A DNA stretch of 59,838 nt, the filler included, from Circinaria calcarea (taxonomy: Eukaryota), in the NCBI GenBank assembly GCA_051942165.1. It is 8 parts of 8 records of this genome, joined end to end, with 100 filler letters (N's around TTAATTAATTAA, not from the genome) between each part and the next. Parts side by side here need not be neighbours in the genome. Positions count along the whole stretch, not along the records: positions 30,000 to 37,390 come from JAVECS010001343.1; positions 37,491 to 44,875 come from JAVECS010001344.1; positions 44,976 to 52,357 come from JAVECS010001345.1; 5 more parts are not named here. One strand, written 5' to 3'. The position numbers and the translations under genes are program-made. The notes under the pieces were generated by a model. It worked only from the letters and a program-made list of their open reading frames with translations, was not told the origin of the DNA and did not search any database. Shown in pieces: positions 35,613-49,700 of the stretch. Position 1 is the first letter of the stretch; the number at the start of each line of letters is the position of its first letter.

Positions 35613-37378
35613 ATGGCCCTGGTCCTTGACAAGGCAAAGGGAACCCCTTCAAGGCCGATGAATGTGCAGCAGATTGTAAACAAGGCCCAAGACTTCCCCT
35701 ACAATCCTTTGATTCCACTCAAGTACTGGCTCAGAACGGCTGGAACATTACTCAAGGAGGTATGTATTCTCTGGCCCGTGCATGAAATACAGGACTGATG
35801 CGAGCTCTACAGGCGGAGATTTATGAGCATGAAGGCAACGACCAACAAACTTACCTACTGCTGTTCAGGCATGCACAGTTGGTACTGGGGTATCTTCCGA
35901 ATCATTCAGATCTTCGATTAGGCGACAATCGTACCGCTTTGGCACTGGCAGAGAAGGAGGTGGGCAAGAGCTTAGCCAAGCTAGAAGTCCTGAAACCACG
36001 GATCAACAAGCGATATGAGCGGTACGAACAGCTCATAAAAGATCGCCAAGCTCGCAAAGCCGCCGAATCTACAACAAGAGCGGCAACATCTTTGTCTGGT
36101 CCTGGAATAGGCGATGTGGAGAGTCATCGACGAATGCCTTCCGACCCGGCTCTGGCAGGCACAGCAGAAACACTGGCCGCTGGAGAAAATAGAGAGCTCG
36201 CAGTAAGATTGGCTCACAAGGAGATCCGCCGTCGGGCAACGGCTAGGAAAGCTACTCGTCAAGCTGGTATATCTGACGAAATAGAGCAAGGAAGACGAGC
36301 TGCGGGGCTCTGGGGTAACTGGGAGGAGGCCTTTGCCAAAGATGACCTAAGTCAGGACCTGGGGTCACTCAGTCGACAGATGCAAAACATCAGACTTCAA
36401 GTTGATGGGAATAGGACTAACGAGGTTAAGGATGGAGATGCCAACCTATATTCTCAAGGTCAACATTCTTCTTACAATTACCCTACTGTTCCAGAAAGGA
36501 GTATCTACAATACGTGGAATCCAGATTCTAGGGCTTTAAGCTCGCCATTTGGAAGTTCAGGGGGGGGCTTTTCCACTCCTTCGATTCCTCCTAGGCCGCC
36601 TCCGAAAGATAACGACCGCTCATCCTACAATAGCACACCACCCAGGCCAGACAAATCCTTCCTCCTGGACGATGGTTACTCCTCCCGATCTGAGACATCC
36701 TCACCAACACCGCCGTCTTATCCCAAATCAGCCTCGTTTACGTTCCAACCCTCTGCTTATCTAGAAAATGGATCCCCGCTGCGTACCATTTTCTTGCCTC
36801 CAGACCTCCGCCACCGCTTCCTTTCCCTAGCCTTGCCTAACACTCGTGCAAATCTGGAGACATGTGGTGTACTTTGCGGAACCCTGATCTCCAATGCCTT
36901 ATTCATTTCCAAGCTAGTCATACCCGATCAGAAAAGCACTTCAGATACGTGTGAGACGGTAAACGAAGGCGATCTGTTCGATTATGTCGATGGTGAGGAT
37001 CTAATGGTTCTGGGCTGGATACATACCCATCCCACGCAGACATGCTTCATGAGCAGTCGTGACCTCCACACGCACTGTGGCTATCAAGTCATGATGCCGG
37101 AGAGTATTGCGATTGTCTGCGCACCAAGCAAGGACGAGTAAGTCAAAGATATGGCCCCACCGTAGCTGTCGTGATCGCTAACGGATGTTTGCAGATGGGG
37201 TGTCTTTCGGTTGACAGACCCCCCCGGTATGAAGTTAGTGTTGAACTGCACCCAGACCGGCCTCTTCCATCCCCACGCAGAAGGTAACATCTATACCGAC
37301 GCACTCAGACCAGGGCATGTCTTTGAAGCGAAGGGCTTGGAGTTTGAAGTGGTTGATCTTCGGCCCAAATGCTTATAG
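35613..37378 (+). CDS. AMSH/STAMBP-like JAMM deubiquitinase (Sst2-like), 3 exons
   Basis: N-terminal USP8-dimer/MIT-like region, NTRANLETCGVLCG, and JAMM motif LGWIHTHPTQTCFMSSRDLHTH. Last exon WGVFRLTDPPG..FHPH..VVDLR, TAG at 37378. Confidence 0.93.
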
Positions 37379-37390
37379 CCCTATGGGTTG

Positions 37391-37490
37391 NNNNNNNNNN
37401 NNNNNNNNNNNNNNNNNNNNNNNNNNNNNNNNNNTTAATTAATTAANNNNNNNNNNNNNNNNNNNNNNNNNNNNNNNNNNNNNNNNNNNN
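37391..37490. other. Artificial contig linker
   Basis: N44-TTAATTAATTAA-N44. Confidence 0.98.
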
Positions 37491-37859
37491 TAACAGGAGA
37501 TGGGTGCGTGAGATATCCAGATCGGAAAAATAGGTGCTATTGGACTTGTGGATGTTGTAGTCGCATTCGAGCAGTGACGTGCGGGAAGAGACGATGACGG
37601 GTTGGAAGAGGGCGGAGGGGCCATGCGAGCGAGATTTGGCGAAAGTCAACTGCGTGAGAAAGCCGTTGAAGAGGCGGATCTATAAGGTTCAGCTATCCAC
37701 GTAATCGAATGGCGGTACTAGCGGACTAACATGCCATACAAAGGGTAAGGACTTGATATTAAGGAAGGCGAAGATTATGGCTAACAGGCGCCATATTCCC
37801 CCGGCTGTCGAGAGGCCTAACAGTGCATAGAGTTTGTGTGGGAGACCGCCTAGAGCCAT
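37491..37859 (-). CDS. Hot-dog-fold thioesterase-like protein (THEM6-like), 5' part
   Basis: FLNIKSLPFVWH [intron] IRLF..LFQP..SRTSLLECDYNIHKSNSTYFSDLDISR. Confidence 0.82.
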
Positions 37860-38330
37860 TGGTCCGACCAAGTCAAACAGAGTTTGAATTTCCTGTACAG
37901 AAGAAATTAAAAAATCAAAGCCACGGTAGTCCGTATCCAAGGATTTATATACTGGCAATTTGCTCCCTCCACAGACCCATTTACCTCGGCTGATGCTGTG
38001 GTGTCATCTGCCCGTTGAACCCGTAGCGGGCTCGTAGTGGACCCGCAGCGCTTTTACGGACGTATTCCTCCATACGGTCAGCAAAGAAGCGTCGGGAAAG
38101 ACTAAAGTCATAGATAAGCGCTAGGGCAGCAGACGCAGACGCAGGAACCCGGCCGCTTGTTTCCGGGTACACTGGTCCGTGCTCAAGCTCTCCAACCCGT
38201 CCCCTCCCCCACGCTATTCTTCGTCCGCCGCGTATCAACAAACCTTTGGTAAACCCACATCAGACGATAGGAGATCTCAAATAGCTCGAGCTGACAGCTT
38301 TTTCACTCTGGAGTAACCACTGCACACAAC

Positions 38331-40468
38331 ATGTTCAAGAAGAAGCCCCTTGTTAGTGCCGACTCTCTCCATATTCGATGGGCAGAAAAGCTCACAAATA
38401 TTTACGGAGTTAAAGATCAAAACTCTCTCACCCCTTCGCTCTTCGGATCGACGGAAGATAGCCGATCAAATCATTTCTGATTACCAGCTCGAAATACCCG
38501 AGGATGGGAATACGGAACAACAAGCGGAGGATGGGGCAACGGTGAACCCTACCCCTGGCATCGGTGCTCTCAGGAACTCGCTTCTGCCAGAAGGTTCCCT
38601 TTCGGCCAAATTCATAACAACCGCTGGGCCTGACTTGAAAGAAATTTCGGGAGTAGTGTATGTGGGAGCTGTTTCTGGGGAGGAACCCCGAGTACTTTGG
38701 GTAAAGTTGAATGATAGGCTGTTTCCTACCGGTAAGGAGGTCATGGTCACATGTAGCAAAGGATATGCACTGAAATACTTCTGCAGTGTACACTTTATGG
38801 CGTCATCCTCGGCTTTTACCACTCCTACACACGCCAGACGTTGTGCTACGGAAACTCTATGGAGGTGCAGATCTTATGACCCCTGGGCTAGCACGCGGAC
38901 CTCCTTTTCCTGAAAAGGCAATCAAGGGTGCTGCAGTAGCGGTTGCAAGTTTAGAAAAGCCCAGCGTTCCCATGCTAGTGGGAGTATGCGAGATAGACGT
39001 GAGCGGGCTTACCCAGGTCCAAGGTGTTAAAGGCCACGCGGTCAAGGGCATTCATTGGAATGGAGATGAGCTGTGGGCATGGAGTCAAGGAGGAAAGCCA
39101 GGGATCCCATCACCAGATCGAATTGAAGGATGGGATGACGAAAAGCATGAGCATGTCTTGGATCCAGGCATGGCACAATTGGACTTGGAGGGCTCCGACA
39201 ATGAGCAAGACCAAGGCGGTGTCAACTTGGACGAAGGACAAAACATCAAACTTCTTTCCCAGAACAGTTATGTCGAAGGCGAAGATGTTGTTGAGCAAGT
39301 TGCTTGTGAACGTGAGGAGATGAGTACAAAAGGTAAGATTACTTCCAAAAGCGTTACATAATTTTTCTACTAATCAATCATTACCTGCCCAGATATCGAC
39401 CAAGCCTTCCGTAATGCATTTATATATGCCATCCATCATCATATGAATGCATATAAAGGCGACCCACATCATGGGCTAGTCTTTCCTATCCCCCAGTCAT
39501 TGGTCATATCAAATTTAGTTCTCCCTTATTTGCCCATTTTCTCCACTGCCGATGCTGCCTCGTTACAGATCAAAAAGACAAGTTGGAAAAATGCAAAAAA
39601 GTTTATCAAGGCCCTCGACAAGGAGAAAATCCTCAAATCCAAAGATCGTAATGGAGGTGAGGTCGTGGTGATGGATATCGATTTCAAAGACAGTGCCATT
39701 ACGGATTTTGTACCATATAGACTACCAAAAAAAGAGACCTCCGGTGCAGATAGTAGTGGTGGAGGTGAGGGCAAAACCCCCACCGCCGGAAACTCCTCCG
39801 ATGACAGCTCCATCGGCCAGACCCTCAAGAAGCTCACTCTCGTTCGACCGAAGGAAAAACTAGCGCCCTTATTCCAAGCAGCTAATGCCAGCACCAAATC
39901 CCTCTTGCTTCCAGCCGAGATTCGCCCAATCATAACGGCTTACATTGAATCCGAGAACCTAGTTTCACCCACCAATAAACGCCTCGTAATTCTAAACCCC
40001 ATTCTCGCCAATGCAGTCTTCGACGGCCAATCTTCCATGGACCGTGAAGTTCTCGCCAAGGGCAGTGTCCCTCGCGACGCCCTTATGGACCGCATCCTCC
40101 AAAACTGCTCTCCCCACTGGGCCATCCTCCGCAACACCGAGACCCGAGACGATGCCAAACCCAAAGCGGGCCACGCACCCTCAATTCAAATCGTCCTCGA
40201 GACCCGGTCCGGCAACAAGACCGTCAGTAAAGTCTCCGGCGTCGAGACCTTCTACATCCACCCGCAGCCCCTGGCTGAGGAACTGCAAAAGGCATGCGCG
40301 AGCTCGACCAGCGTCGGGCAGTTGGCGGGCAGTAGTCCGAAGAATCCGGTCATGGAGATTATGGTTCAGGGACCGCAGAAGGATGTGATTGTCAAGGCGT
40401 TGGAGAAGAGGGGTGTGCGGAGGGAGTGGGTGGAGGTTCTGGATAAGACCAAGGGGAAGAAGAGGTAA
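38331..40468 (+). CDS. TMA64: eIF2D/ligatin (PUA, SWIB and SUI1 domains), 4 exons
   Basis: MFKKKP [intron] IKTLSPLRSSDRRK, PTVYTLW, GADLMTPG, IKKTSWK, and SUI1 region ETRSGNKTV..LQKACASSTSV..EIMVQG. Confidence 0.92.
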
Positions 40469-41568
40469 GCGGGGTGGGAGTGAGAGTGGGAGTGCAGGAA
40501 GTAGCGGGAGGAGGTATGGTAGGGGCTTTCTAGATGCCGCACTGCCGTTACGGCTCAACGAGATGTGTAAAAAGTGGTTCATCTATGCGTAATGGAGACC
40601 CCTTTTTCACACTTTTCCACGCCATTTGTCGGTGAAACTCAAAATCAGTAAAAAGCCGCGGTTTTATCCCATCTCTATCTGTTTTCCTTAACTAAACCCT
40701 CTTATTCTACCCGAGAATCCAAGCTCTCTTAGCCCCCCACTCCCTTACGATTGATAATCAGAGACCACCAAGAGGTGGTTATGTGAACACCGTTAATAGC
40801 ATGGCGCCTATGAGAATATCGGATTCTGGTTCTTATGATACCGCACGAATATGACTCAGTAAATTAGTGATTACGATATCGAGAACAGCTTCGCTCGGCG
40901 GTATCTCAATTTTCGTTATCTCGCCGGAGATTAATTGTATGCCCCGGACTTGGAACAAATGAAGGTCCAGGAATAGTTGAAAGGGGAGGAACTATAAATA
41001 TATAAATAGGTAGATGCAATATCCAAATCTCCCCGTCCTTGGACAAGTCATCTGGATCACTTTTGGTCTACTGACATGATCTCCCCTCATCTACCACAGT
41101 CAATGTATACGAAAATACCCCTCTGGACTGGATATAGAATCGCGAAAAAGAGGGAGAGAAGGTTTTCTATACTGGTTGCTCGAGAATTAGGTAGCCTATC
41201 GATAAGAAGGATTTGTTGAAATTTGTGAGTAACCTTTGTCAATTTACATCTAGGATGGAACAGTCCTTAAATAATAAGACGAGAGTGAAGAAAGCTAGCT
41301 ATATTTTATTTTATATACAAGGTGGAAGATCAAAGAATAGGAAATGGTTTAATAGTAGTATCCGTATAAATCTTCCCTACCCTTTCTTCACTCTTGAGAC
41401 ACCTTCTGTTCGAGACAAAGGCCGTCACGATTGCATTATACAGTCCTCCTCCCTAGGTCCCCAGCCAATGCAATGGAGAGATATCCTCGTAAGTATCGTA
41501 CGAGTGATGTTGACGTCCTCCGTGCCGGCCCCCCTTCTCCCTGCCCATATCAGTACAATGGGACAGCT

Positions 41569-42674
41569 TCATCCTCTCACTGTTGGTTTCTCATTCTTCG
41601 GTTCCGTAACATGTTTCCTGTCATTCTTTGGCTCTTCGCGATGCTCTGCCTTTTGCTGATGCTTGGCATGTTTCCCCTTCCCGGCTCTGGCATCTCTTTC
41701 TTCCTGTTCATGGGCGGCTTCTTCTCGCTCTTTGAGTTTACGTTCTTCGGTCTCAACCATGTCTAGAATTTCATCAGTCAACTACAGTAAAAGGGACGTC
41801 GGGAGGAGAAATCTACCCCTCCACATATCCTCCCCCGCATAACTCTCATGATGGACCCTCTTCTCAACCATGTGCTTGTGTGTCGGATCATTCGGATCCA
41901 GTACTTTAACCGTCTCCCACCTTCCCTTCTCCTCATTCCGATCGCCAATCTCAAATGCTGCCGTCGCCACCAAGACTGCCAGCGTCAAGCCCTGCGCGTA
42001 CACTCTCGCCTGAACGATCTTCTGCGACGTGGTGAGATAGGGACTCCGGCCTACGATGGCGAGGGCAATACCCATGGAGGCAAGCCAGGAGGCACCGACG
42101 ATGGGATAACGGTTCTCGCGGCCCCAGTCTTTGATCTTCTGGAAGCGAGTTTTTGAGGCTTCGATGGCTTGGCGTTGACGTTCGGCTTCATCTTTGTATT
42201 GTTCCTCGGGGTGGCGGGCTGCCTCGAAGGCGCGGGAGTATTTGTCGGCGGAAATGATGGCTATAGATAGTTCTGTTAGTTAATTATTCCACTACTAGAT
42301 GTAGTTGTTTTCTGAAGGCAGGGAGATTCGAGCCAATCTTTACTGCACCAATGCTCGCATGATCACGCCCCCTCTCAACAATAGTCCTAAAAGATGAGAG
42401 CCAATGCTCGAAGAGGAGTCTCAATGCGTACCAGCGAATGTGCCGGAGGAGGTGACCAGGAAAGCTTTCAATGGCAGGGTGAGGGATCCGAAGGCTGGAT
42501 ATCTTCGGGTTGCGCCGTACACGCCGGCGAGCCCCACGGCGAGACCGACGAGGCCTCCACCGATCCCTCCTCGAAGGGTAGCACTAGTTAGCTTTAGCAG
42601 AATAGATTGAAATGAGGACGGTGATTGTGGTACTTGTAGTGAGCCTGCTCTTCTTCCTTGGTCAGGATCTTCAT
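41569..42674 (-). CDS. RCF2: Respiratory supercomplex factor 2 (HIG1 domain), 4 exons
   Basis: MKILTKEEEQAHY..ATLRGG..LPLKAFLVTS..RENRYPIVGASW..QKIVQARVYAQGLTLAVL..EDMWRDMVETEE. Confidence 0.9.
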
Positions 42675-43032
42675 GCTACCGGATCTTTACGGACTGTAGG
42701 GAGCCTGGGAAGATTGGAGCTGTCGATAAGGCCCCTTGAATACGGTACGGTGCTTTGCGGGGAGAAGTCTATGATTACAGAAAGGCATGAAGCAATTGAT
42801 GTACCGATAACCTCAGTCAGGTCAGCAACTCGAAGCTCTGGGAGCTGTGACGTCGATGCTAAGCAGGTGACGTCGACCCCCCAAAAGTGCCTACGGTGAT
42901 AGGCGGCTGGAGATCTCCAGCCCTAAATCCGAGATCCAACTTACATTCGCTCACGTGTGCGAGTTTATTAGGTATACATCTGGAAGTATGTGATGTTTGG
43001 TTATGGGCTCTCATCTGAAATTAAGTACAGCC

Positions 43033-44875
43033 TCAGTCTTCACTATCCCTTTCCCAGCAACTTAGTAAGAAGAACCCGAGCGCCATCAGACAGACCACAA
43101 TACTCAATGTGATACCTCCCACCCACGCGCTGGCGGCTGACTGTTCAAGCTGGCTCGCATCCTTGAAGAGGACCACCCAGCCCGAAGACCCCATCCCAAC
43201 CACGTTGGTCTCACACCAACACGTGGCATAGACTCCGATATATTCTAGTAGATTGGCAACGATGATCCAGACGGCATTGGCAATAGCGATTGTCTTGCCC
43301 AAGATCTGCGTTACCACCGCCATTCCGCATACTATATTGTGGCCAAGGGACCGCTGATGGTAACCGGACTTGTTTGGCGAGAGATTACGCTCAGGGTGAT
43401 CTCCATGGATTTGCTGGTACAGAAGCATGGCCCGGTGTGACAATTGAGCCGATAAGAGTAGCAACCCCCATACAAGAGTAGCAAGGGCCCCATAGAGAAT
43501 ATAGCCGGCCGAACGGCAACCGAAACCCTGCCCACGACTCTTCTTAGTATGCTTTTCTGCTAGTAGCTCATGTATTGGTAAGATAGAAGAGAATTAGAGA
43601 AATCAAAACCTACCGCCGTGGGGGTGAGATAAGAAATCATAATCGCGGCTCCGGTAGTGCCCCATTGGACGAATGTCGCTGTAACGGAGGCAATGATCAA
43701 GTGCCCCCAGACACGAGCCGGAATAGCCTTGAATTGTGGATAGGCGTATATGTGCTCGCTCAATGGCAACCCGCAATACGTCGCTACTTCATTCTCGGTT
43801 CCTTGTAGTTTAACCTGCAGAGGTCAGCCTCTTAGAAAAGCATCGTCTAGCAATAATAGCAGATGTAGCGGTTTCCGCCGAGGAGGGGTAAAGAGTACCT
43901 CGCCAGGATGCTGGGGATCCCATTCTTCATCCGGATAATTTTCCTGCCTTTGTTGCATGGTTTGCAAGGTCTGTTCGAAGCCATGGCAAATTTTTTGCGC
44001 GAACTGAGACCAAGTGTATAGTCGTGCGTAATTATATATCGGACCCTGACGAGCTTCGTCGCCACCTATGTCGAACACGAACAATCTCGGGATCTTTGTC
44101 AGGTTGACGTAGCCTAGCTGAGAGCTAGTGCTTTCATCATGAAGGATATTCCCGTTCACGTCTTCTGGTTCTGAGATCCTCGGTTGCTGGTCGGAGGCTG
44201 GCTCTACTGTGAGACCAGATTGTGCAAGAATGCCTTGTTGTCTTCTATCTTCCTTGAGTACTCCATTGCTACCGGTCGCCCGAAATGTGCGCTTACTCTC
44301 ATCGTTGAGGGCTCTCTTTATTGAATTAGCCTTGTTCTGAGTGCCTACGGCAATCCATCCCCATATCACCGGTATCATCCAAAGCCAAACGCTGCCTGTT
44401 GCGATCTGCAACGCCGTTTCGATATCACCGAGTTTCCCAATGAATGCGGTGATGATGGTGAACAACCAGGCAACAGTGGCTCCGACAATCTGGGCAATCA
44501 AAGACAGGGTGACACCTCGTCGAGTGTTCTTCAAGTCGTTCCCCACGCTAACCCACCATTGACAGTTTTCGTCAAGAGCAATCAAACTACTCAGACGACC
44601 GTGGTTTTGGCAGGCTCTCATGGGCATTTGTTGTCCTTCTTGAAGGAGGATTTGTGCAGCATCAATTCTCTTGCTCAGGCGCGGCTGGATCCTTCGAGAT
44701 TCTGTACGGATATGTTTGAAACGCCTTCGGACCCAGGACCGGTTCAAGATCGTAACGGTGAGTGAGTGCGTGATCAAAGCGGGGCTTCCGATAGCGAGTG
44801 CCAAACTTATGATACCGTCCCACCATGCTGAAGTTTCGTACGGTAGCTGTGCTGTGAGCGCAAGCCACGGGAGTA
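43033..44875 (-). CDS. Uncharacterised multi-pass fungal membrane protein, multi-exon, 5'-truncated
   Basis: LPWLALTAQLPY..GSPALITHSL..WLWMIPVIWGW..GPIYNYAR..QWGTTGAAIMISYLTP..GFGCRSAGYILYG. Several TM segments. Confidence 0.8.
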
Positions 44876-44975
44876 NNNNNNNNNNNNNNNNNNNNNNNNN
44901 NNNNNNNNNNNNNNNNNNNTTAATTAATTAANNNNNNNNNNNNNNNNNNNNNNNNNNNNNNNNNNNNNNNNNNNN
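44876..44975. other. Artificial contig linker
   Basis: N44-TTAATTAATTAA-N44. Confidence 0.98.
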
Positions 44976-45049
44976 TTCCATCTCTGTGTCGTTCATCCGG
45001 TTGACGGACCACGTCGACTGTCGTGTAAAGCTATTACAAACAATGCTTC

Positions 45050-46178
45050 TTATGAGGCAATCCTGACGGAATACTTGAGAGCCGCTTGATCGAAAAGATC
45101 GCTTTTAGCTTCAAGCTCTATCACATGGGGATGGTTGGGAGCTTTGGATTGCAGAGAGCTGTGACCATTAACAGGCCGTTCGGCATCAAGTCGTTTATTT
45201 CAGGTACTTACGAGTGGAATTCTTTGGTATCTTTGCCCGCCAGAGTGTCGAGAACGATGGAGTTCGCTATAGCTTCAGCATCATTCGGGTCCTTTTGCAT
45301 CGCTTGCTGTAGAGCTGCCTCTGCTTCGGGGAGTCTCCCAAGATGTATCTCCGCGACTGCTTGGCCGATCAGACTTTTGGTGGCGGAAGTCGATGGCCCT
45401 TGAGCCATTTCCTCATACTCGTAGAAAGCCGATTGGTATTTCTCGCCTCCCTGGATGCTTGTTTAGAACGTGTTTTGAGAAGATTTGTCGCTGGTCATTG
45501 CCACACTCACTATCCGTAATCCTACCCAAGCCTCCGCAATCCGGATTAGCAAGCTATCTTGCGCCCATTTGCGTGCGGCTTGCACCTCTTTTGTCGCAAG
45601 GTCTGTCCGGTTTTGTTGGAGGTGGGTCTGAACGATTAGGGCAACCCTGGAAAATAAGAAATATTAGCCTTCAGGTGAAGGTCTGACGGACAAGGAACAA
45701 GATTGGGTGGATATACGCTTCAAGGCTACCTTGATGCTTCATCAGAAGTTCGAGAGCCTCCTCGCTCTTGCCAGCGGCCTGGAGAATGGTGCCTCCCAGT
45801 ACTTGAACCGTAACGTTTTCTGACTCCGTCACCCTGAGCTGTTCCACCTCCTTAAGAGCTTCATCGACATCGCCCGTGGTATAATGCGCAAGCGCCTTGA
45901 CAGCAACCAGGTCAGGTATCCCACTTTCTCCTTCTACCTCAGCCAGCACCTCCTCTGCTTGACCAAGTGCAATCTGGGCACGTAACTGTAGCACCCGCGC
46001 TGGCAGTAAGTTCTCATTGGAAAGCGAGCTAATGTCATAGTCGATGACGTTTTGGTACTGGCCCTGGTGAAAGGCAGTATGTATATTGAGAAGCTCTAGC
46101 ATATGTCCCATCAGTGCACAACCCCACGTTTTAGTAAAGAGAAACACACTTACCGCCTTCCGCAGAGAATGGATCCAT
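45050..46178 (-). CDS. SEC28: Coatomer subunit epsilon, 5 exons
   Basis: MDPFSAEG [intron] ELLNIHTAFHQGQY..HQGSLEA..GRLPEAEAAL..HPHVIELEAKSDLFDQAALKY. Confidence 0.92.
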
Positions 46179-46717
46179 TTACGAATTGACAGCTGATTCA
46201 AAGCTGCTTTCCCTCACGAGGTACTTTGTCTGTGAAGTCCAAGTTGAATCTGGCCTCTAGCCTTGCCTTTGTCGAGATTGGGAATGTATCGTTTAACGCG
46301 ATTACTTATCGATAGGGCCAATCTAATCTAGGGGTCACCATAAGCCCCGAAGCTTGTTTTGTGGCAGGGTCGCTCGTCCGGTCTTTCGTGCGAGGGTAGA
46401 GTTGAGGAGGCATTCGTCATCTTGTTATGCTACAACTGTCCATACCATAAAGTGTCCTGTTGGTTCTTATTACCAGACAAGTATCCATCATACGCTTAAG
46501 TTCTCTGCATATAAGCTCAGGTACATAGTTAACGTGCCGGGATCCATAGCAAAGCTGAACGTGGTTCTTTCGTCGGTCCCCCAATCTCTGACTTCGCTGG
46601 GACACCACACCTTTCTCCTCCGTCGTCGTTAGACCTCATTGCCATCACTATACTTGATTCTGGCATTATTAAGGCTAGTGCCAGCTGTCGTTCCCAGAAC
46701 TGCTAGAACTTGCAGTC

Positions 46718-49700
46718 ATGGTCCGAATCTCTTTACCCAATCGTCTCAAGTCTTATCACAATGGGACAAATGGTGATAGTCGTGCTGGGAGCAGAAGCTC
46801 AAGCCCCCTGAGGAACGGGCAGCAGTCACTCATACTAAAGACCACAGTCCTAAGGGTTGGATGTCTCATTGCTCCATTATGTATCGATGGCTGATGAAGA
46901 AATTACAGGGTCGAAATCTAGCAGCCAAGGACAAGAATGGAACCAGTGACCCGGTGAAAAACTGTTCTTGTGAAATGGAATCAACCACTAGCTAATAGTA
47001 TATCTAGTACCTCGTGGTAACCCTCGGTGACGCGAGAGAGTCAACTCCTACCATTAGCAAGACGCTCAACCCAGAGTGGCAAGTTTCTTTCGACCTTCCT
47101 ATCACTGGCTCAAGCAGCCTTTTGCTGGAGGCCGTGTGCTGGGACAAAGACCGCTTCGGAAAAGACTATCTGGGTGAATTCGATGTGGCTTTGGAAGATA
47201 TATTCGCAAATGGACAGGTTACGCAGGAGGTAAAGCTTAGAACATTATCATCAACGCCTTTGCTGACAATATCAGCCTAAATGGTACACGTTGACCTCTA
47301 GACGGAAGGAGGCAAGTAAGAAAGACTCTGTCATATCCGGCGAAATACAGCTTCAATTCACCATGGCGGATCCCGCCAATCCGTCAGCATCACCCCCGGA
47401 TATTTTACAAAAGCTCATGGCGATTGTGAAAGTTAGCTCAGGTGATGAGGTTGATGAGGATGAAGAACTCACGAAGCTTGAAGGTCGCGATGTTGATGAA
47501 GACGAGGACGATGATCAGGAACTGGATACCTCTGATGAGACAGATGATCCGGCCAAGCCAGAAGTCGCCGAAAAACGCAAGAAAAGGCTCCGCCTTGCCA
47601 GGCTGAAAAGAAAGACAAAAGCAAGGGTTTATGAGTTTACTGGGGAATCCGACGTCATCGGGATAGCATTCGTAGAGATTGAGAAGATCACCGACTTGCC
47701 GCCTGAGCGAAACGGTATGATTCCTAGACAGTTATCTCTCCAGAACTTTGACTAAACTGTAGCAGTGACCAGGACATCTTTTGATATGGACCCTTTTGTT
47801 GTGGCTTCTCTAGGCCGTAAGACATACCGCACGAGAGTTATTCGTCACAACTTAAACCCTGTATTCGACGAGAAGATGGTTTTTCAGGTCTTGCGACATG
47901 AGCAAACATACTCACTAAGTTTCTCAGTTGTCGATAGAGACAAGCTGTCGGGCAACGATAGCATTGGGACCGCAAACTTTCCCCTATCAACGATTACCGA
48001 TTGTGCTCCTGAAGCCGATCCCGAGACTGGCTTGTATACTCTTAGGGAATTACCAGACTCGGTAACCTTGCCAGCTCCTACGAAATCGAGATTTAGGTTG
48101 CCCGTTTCCCGTTCTTCATCATCCAGCAGCCTCAACAAATTGTCACGACCTTGTCTTCCGTCAAAGCCCTCTCAACCTTCTGGTGCATCATCCTCTCAGC
48201 TAGATCTGCCAACTCCACCAGCGTCCGTACCTAATGATTCCAATCAGCTCACGCCTACTACCTCGCCAAATGAGGCAGGCGAAGATACTTGTCTGCATCC
48301 GCATGACCCTGATTTGAAGTCTTATACCATTCCACTAATTCTCAAACACAAGGAAAAGTGGGACGACAAACATCCAACGCAACTGTACATCAAAGCAAAA
48401 TACCTGCCATATCCAGCTTTGCGACAGCAATTTTGGCGAGCCATGCTTAAGCAATACGATGCAGATGATAGCGGTCAGATCAGTAAGATCGAGTTGACTA
48501 CAATGCTTGATACACTGGGTTCAACATTGAAGGAGTCCACTATTGATAGCTTCTTTCATAGGTTTTCTGGCCAGAATGCAGCAGAGGATGCCGAGGTTTT
48601 GGGTCTAACATTTGATCAAGCCGTGATTTGCTTAGAAGACCAGCTGCAACGATCCACGCAAAAGAAATCATGGGGCGATGCGGTGAAAGGCTATATGGCC
48701 CACGCGCAGTACTCAACCGTCAGTAGTGGCGAGAAAAGTGATCAAAACGGAGAGAACCAGGCTATGGATGGTAATTCGGAAGTTCCACTCAACAAACGCT
48801 CCGATCGTACAGCTATTCCAGCTATCTCGCAAGATAATTTAGATGCCCAAGGAGGGCATGGGGACTTGCTTGAAAAGGATGACTTAGCAGACGAGAGGGA
48901 CGAGGAACATGTCATTGAAATTAGCGAATGCCCACTTTGCCATCAACCTCGCCTGAACAAAAGGTCTGACGCAGACATCGTTACGCACATTGCCACCTGT
49001 GCTAGCCTAGATTGGAGGCAGGTGAACAATATCGTAATGGCAGGCTTTGTTACGTCCAGTCAAGCTCAACGAAAGTGGTATTCGAAAGTCATTACAAAGA
49101 TATCCTATGGTGGATATAAACTCGGCGCAAATTCCGCAAATATCTTGGTGCAAGACAGGATGACTGGTCAGATCAACGAGGAGAGGATGAGTGTGTACGT
49201 GAGACTGGGCATTCGCTTGCTGTACAAAGGAATGAAGAGTAGGGAGATGGAAAAGAAGAGAAGTGCGCACCTTGACGATGCGTAAAGTGGACCTTACTGA
49301 CTCTGTGTAGTCCGAAAGCTCTTGAGATCTTTAAGCATAAAACAGGGGAAAAAGTATGATAATCCAGCATCCGCGCGGGAGATACCAGCTTTTGTCAAAT
49401 TCCATCAGCTAGACATGTCCGAGGTCTTGTTGCCGATGGAGGAATTCAAAACCTTCAATGAATTCTTTTATAGGGCCTTGAAACCGGAAGCAAGACCTTG
49501 CTCGGCTCCAAACAACCCAAGAATAATCGTCTCGCCAGCTGATTGCCGGTCCGTGGTTTTCAATAGAATGGACGACGCCACTAGGATATGGGTCAAAGGT
49601 CGAGAATTCACTGTTGAACGCCTTCTCGGCAACGCCTATCCTGCGGATGTAAATCGTTACACCAACGGCGCTTTAGGAATCTTCAGACTTGCCCCACAAG

